This document shows positions 63,901 to 64,000 of a stretch of 64,000 bases of DNA, piece after piece (position 1 is the first letter of the stretch; each line of letters begins with the position of its first letter). Below the pieces are notes generated by a model, which was not told the origin of the DNA, ran no database searches, and saw only the letters and a list, made by a program, of their open reading frames with translations. The translations under genes and the position numbers were made by a program. This stretch comes from Marsupella aquatica (lineage: Eukaryota > Plantae > Marchantiophyta): positions 62,001 through 126,000 of the forward strand of contig OZ316899.1 of the NCBI GenBank assembly GCA_973895155.1, written 5' to 3'.

Positions 63901-64000
63901 TACGAGTTGTGCATGTATTTCAGTGTGTCTTATTAATGACTCTTATTCAATAAAAACCATAAACTTAGGAAAGAAAGCCACAAGGGGAGTTTAAGACAGG

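Overview
Eukaryotic, repeat-rich, probably heterochromatic DNA. A land-plant host is inferred from AAACCCTA telo-box motifs, GT-AG introns of about 100-140 nt, a plant-type SNF2-RING helicase and Helitron-type termini; a non-seed plant is plausible but unproven. (1) At 2652-7610 (-) is an intact 1652-aa ORF with the order C2H2 fingers, DUF3505/OrsD-like Cys/His domain, tyrosine-recombinase-like catalytic domain, RecQ helicase and Cys-rich tail. This resembles fungal telomere-linked-helicase-type proteins, and the gene lies between two direct copies of a 1.2-1.5 kb repeat block. (2) An approximately 20 kb unit occurs twice (8256-27906 and 28962-49126) with a 1.05 kb spacer. It carries a predicted 7-exon chimeric gene of about 1794 aa (transposon-associated N-domain, 63-aa coiled-coil repeats, SNF2 ATPase, RING, HELICc) that looks intact in copy 1 and is a pseudogene in copy 2, plus several satellite arrays. 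(3) The right end holds three related non-autonomous Helitron-like elements, a 673-aa ORF sharing the N-domain plus coiled-coil plan, and an orphan ORF homologous to the Cys-rich tail of the recombinase-helicase. The most promising candidate for an undescribed system is a large tyrosine-recombinase/RecQ-based mobile element with cargo genes in a plant. Domain names come from motif recognition by eye; no database search was run.
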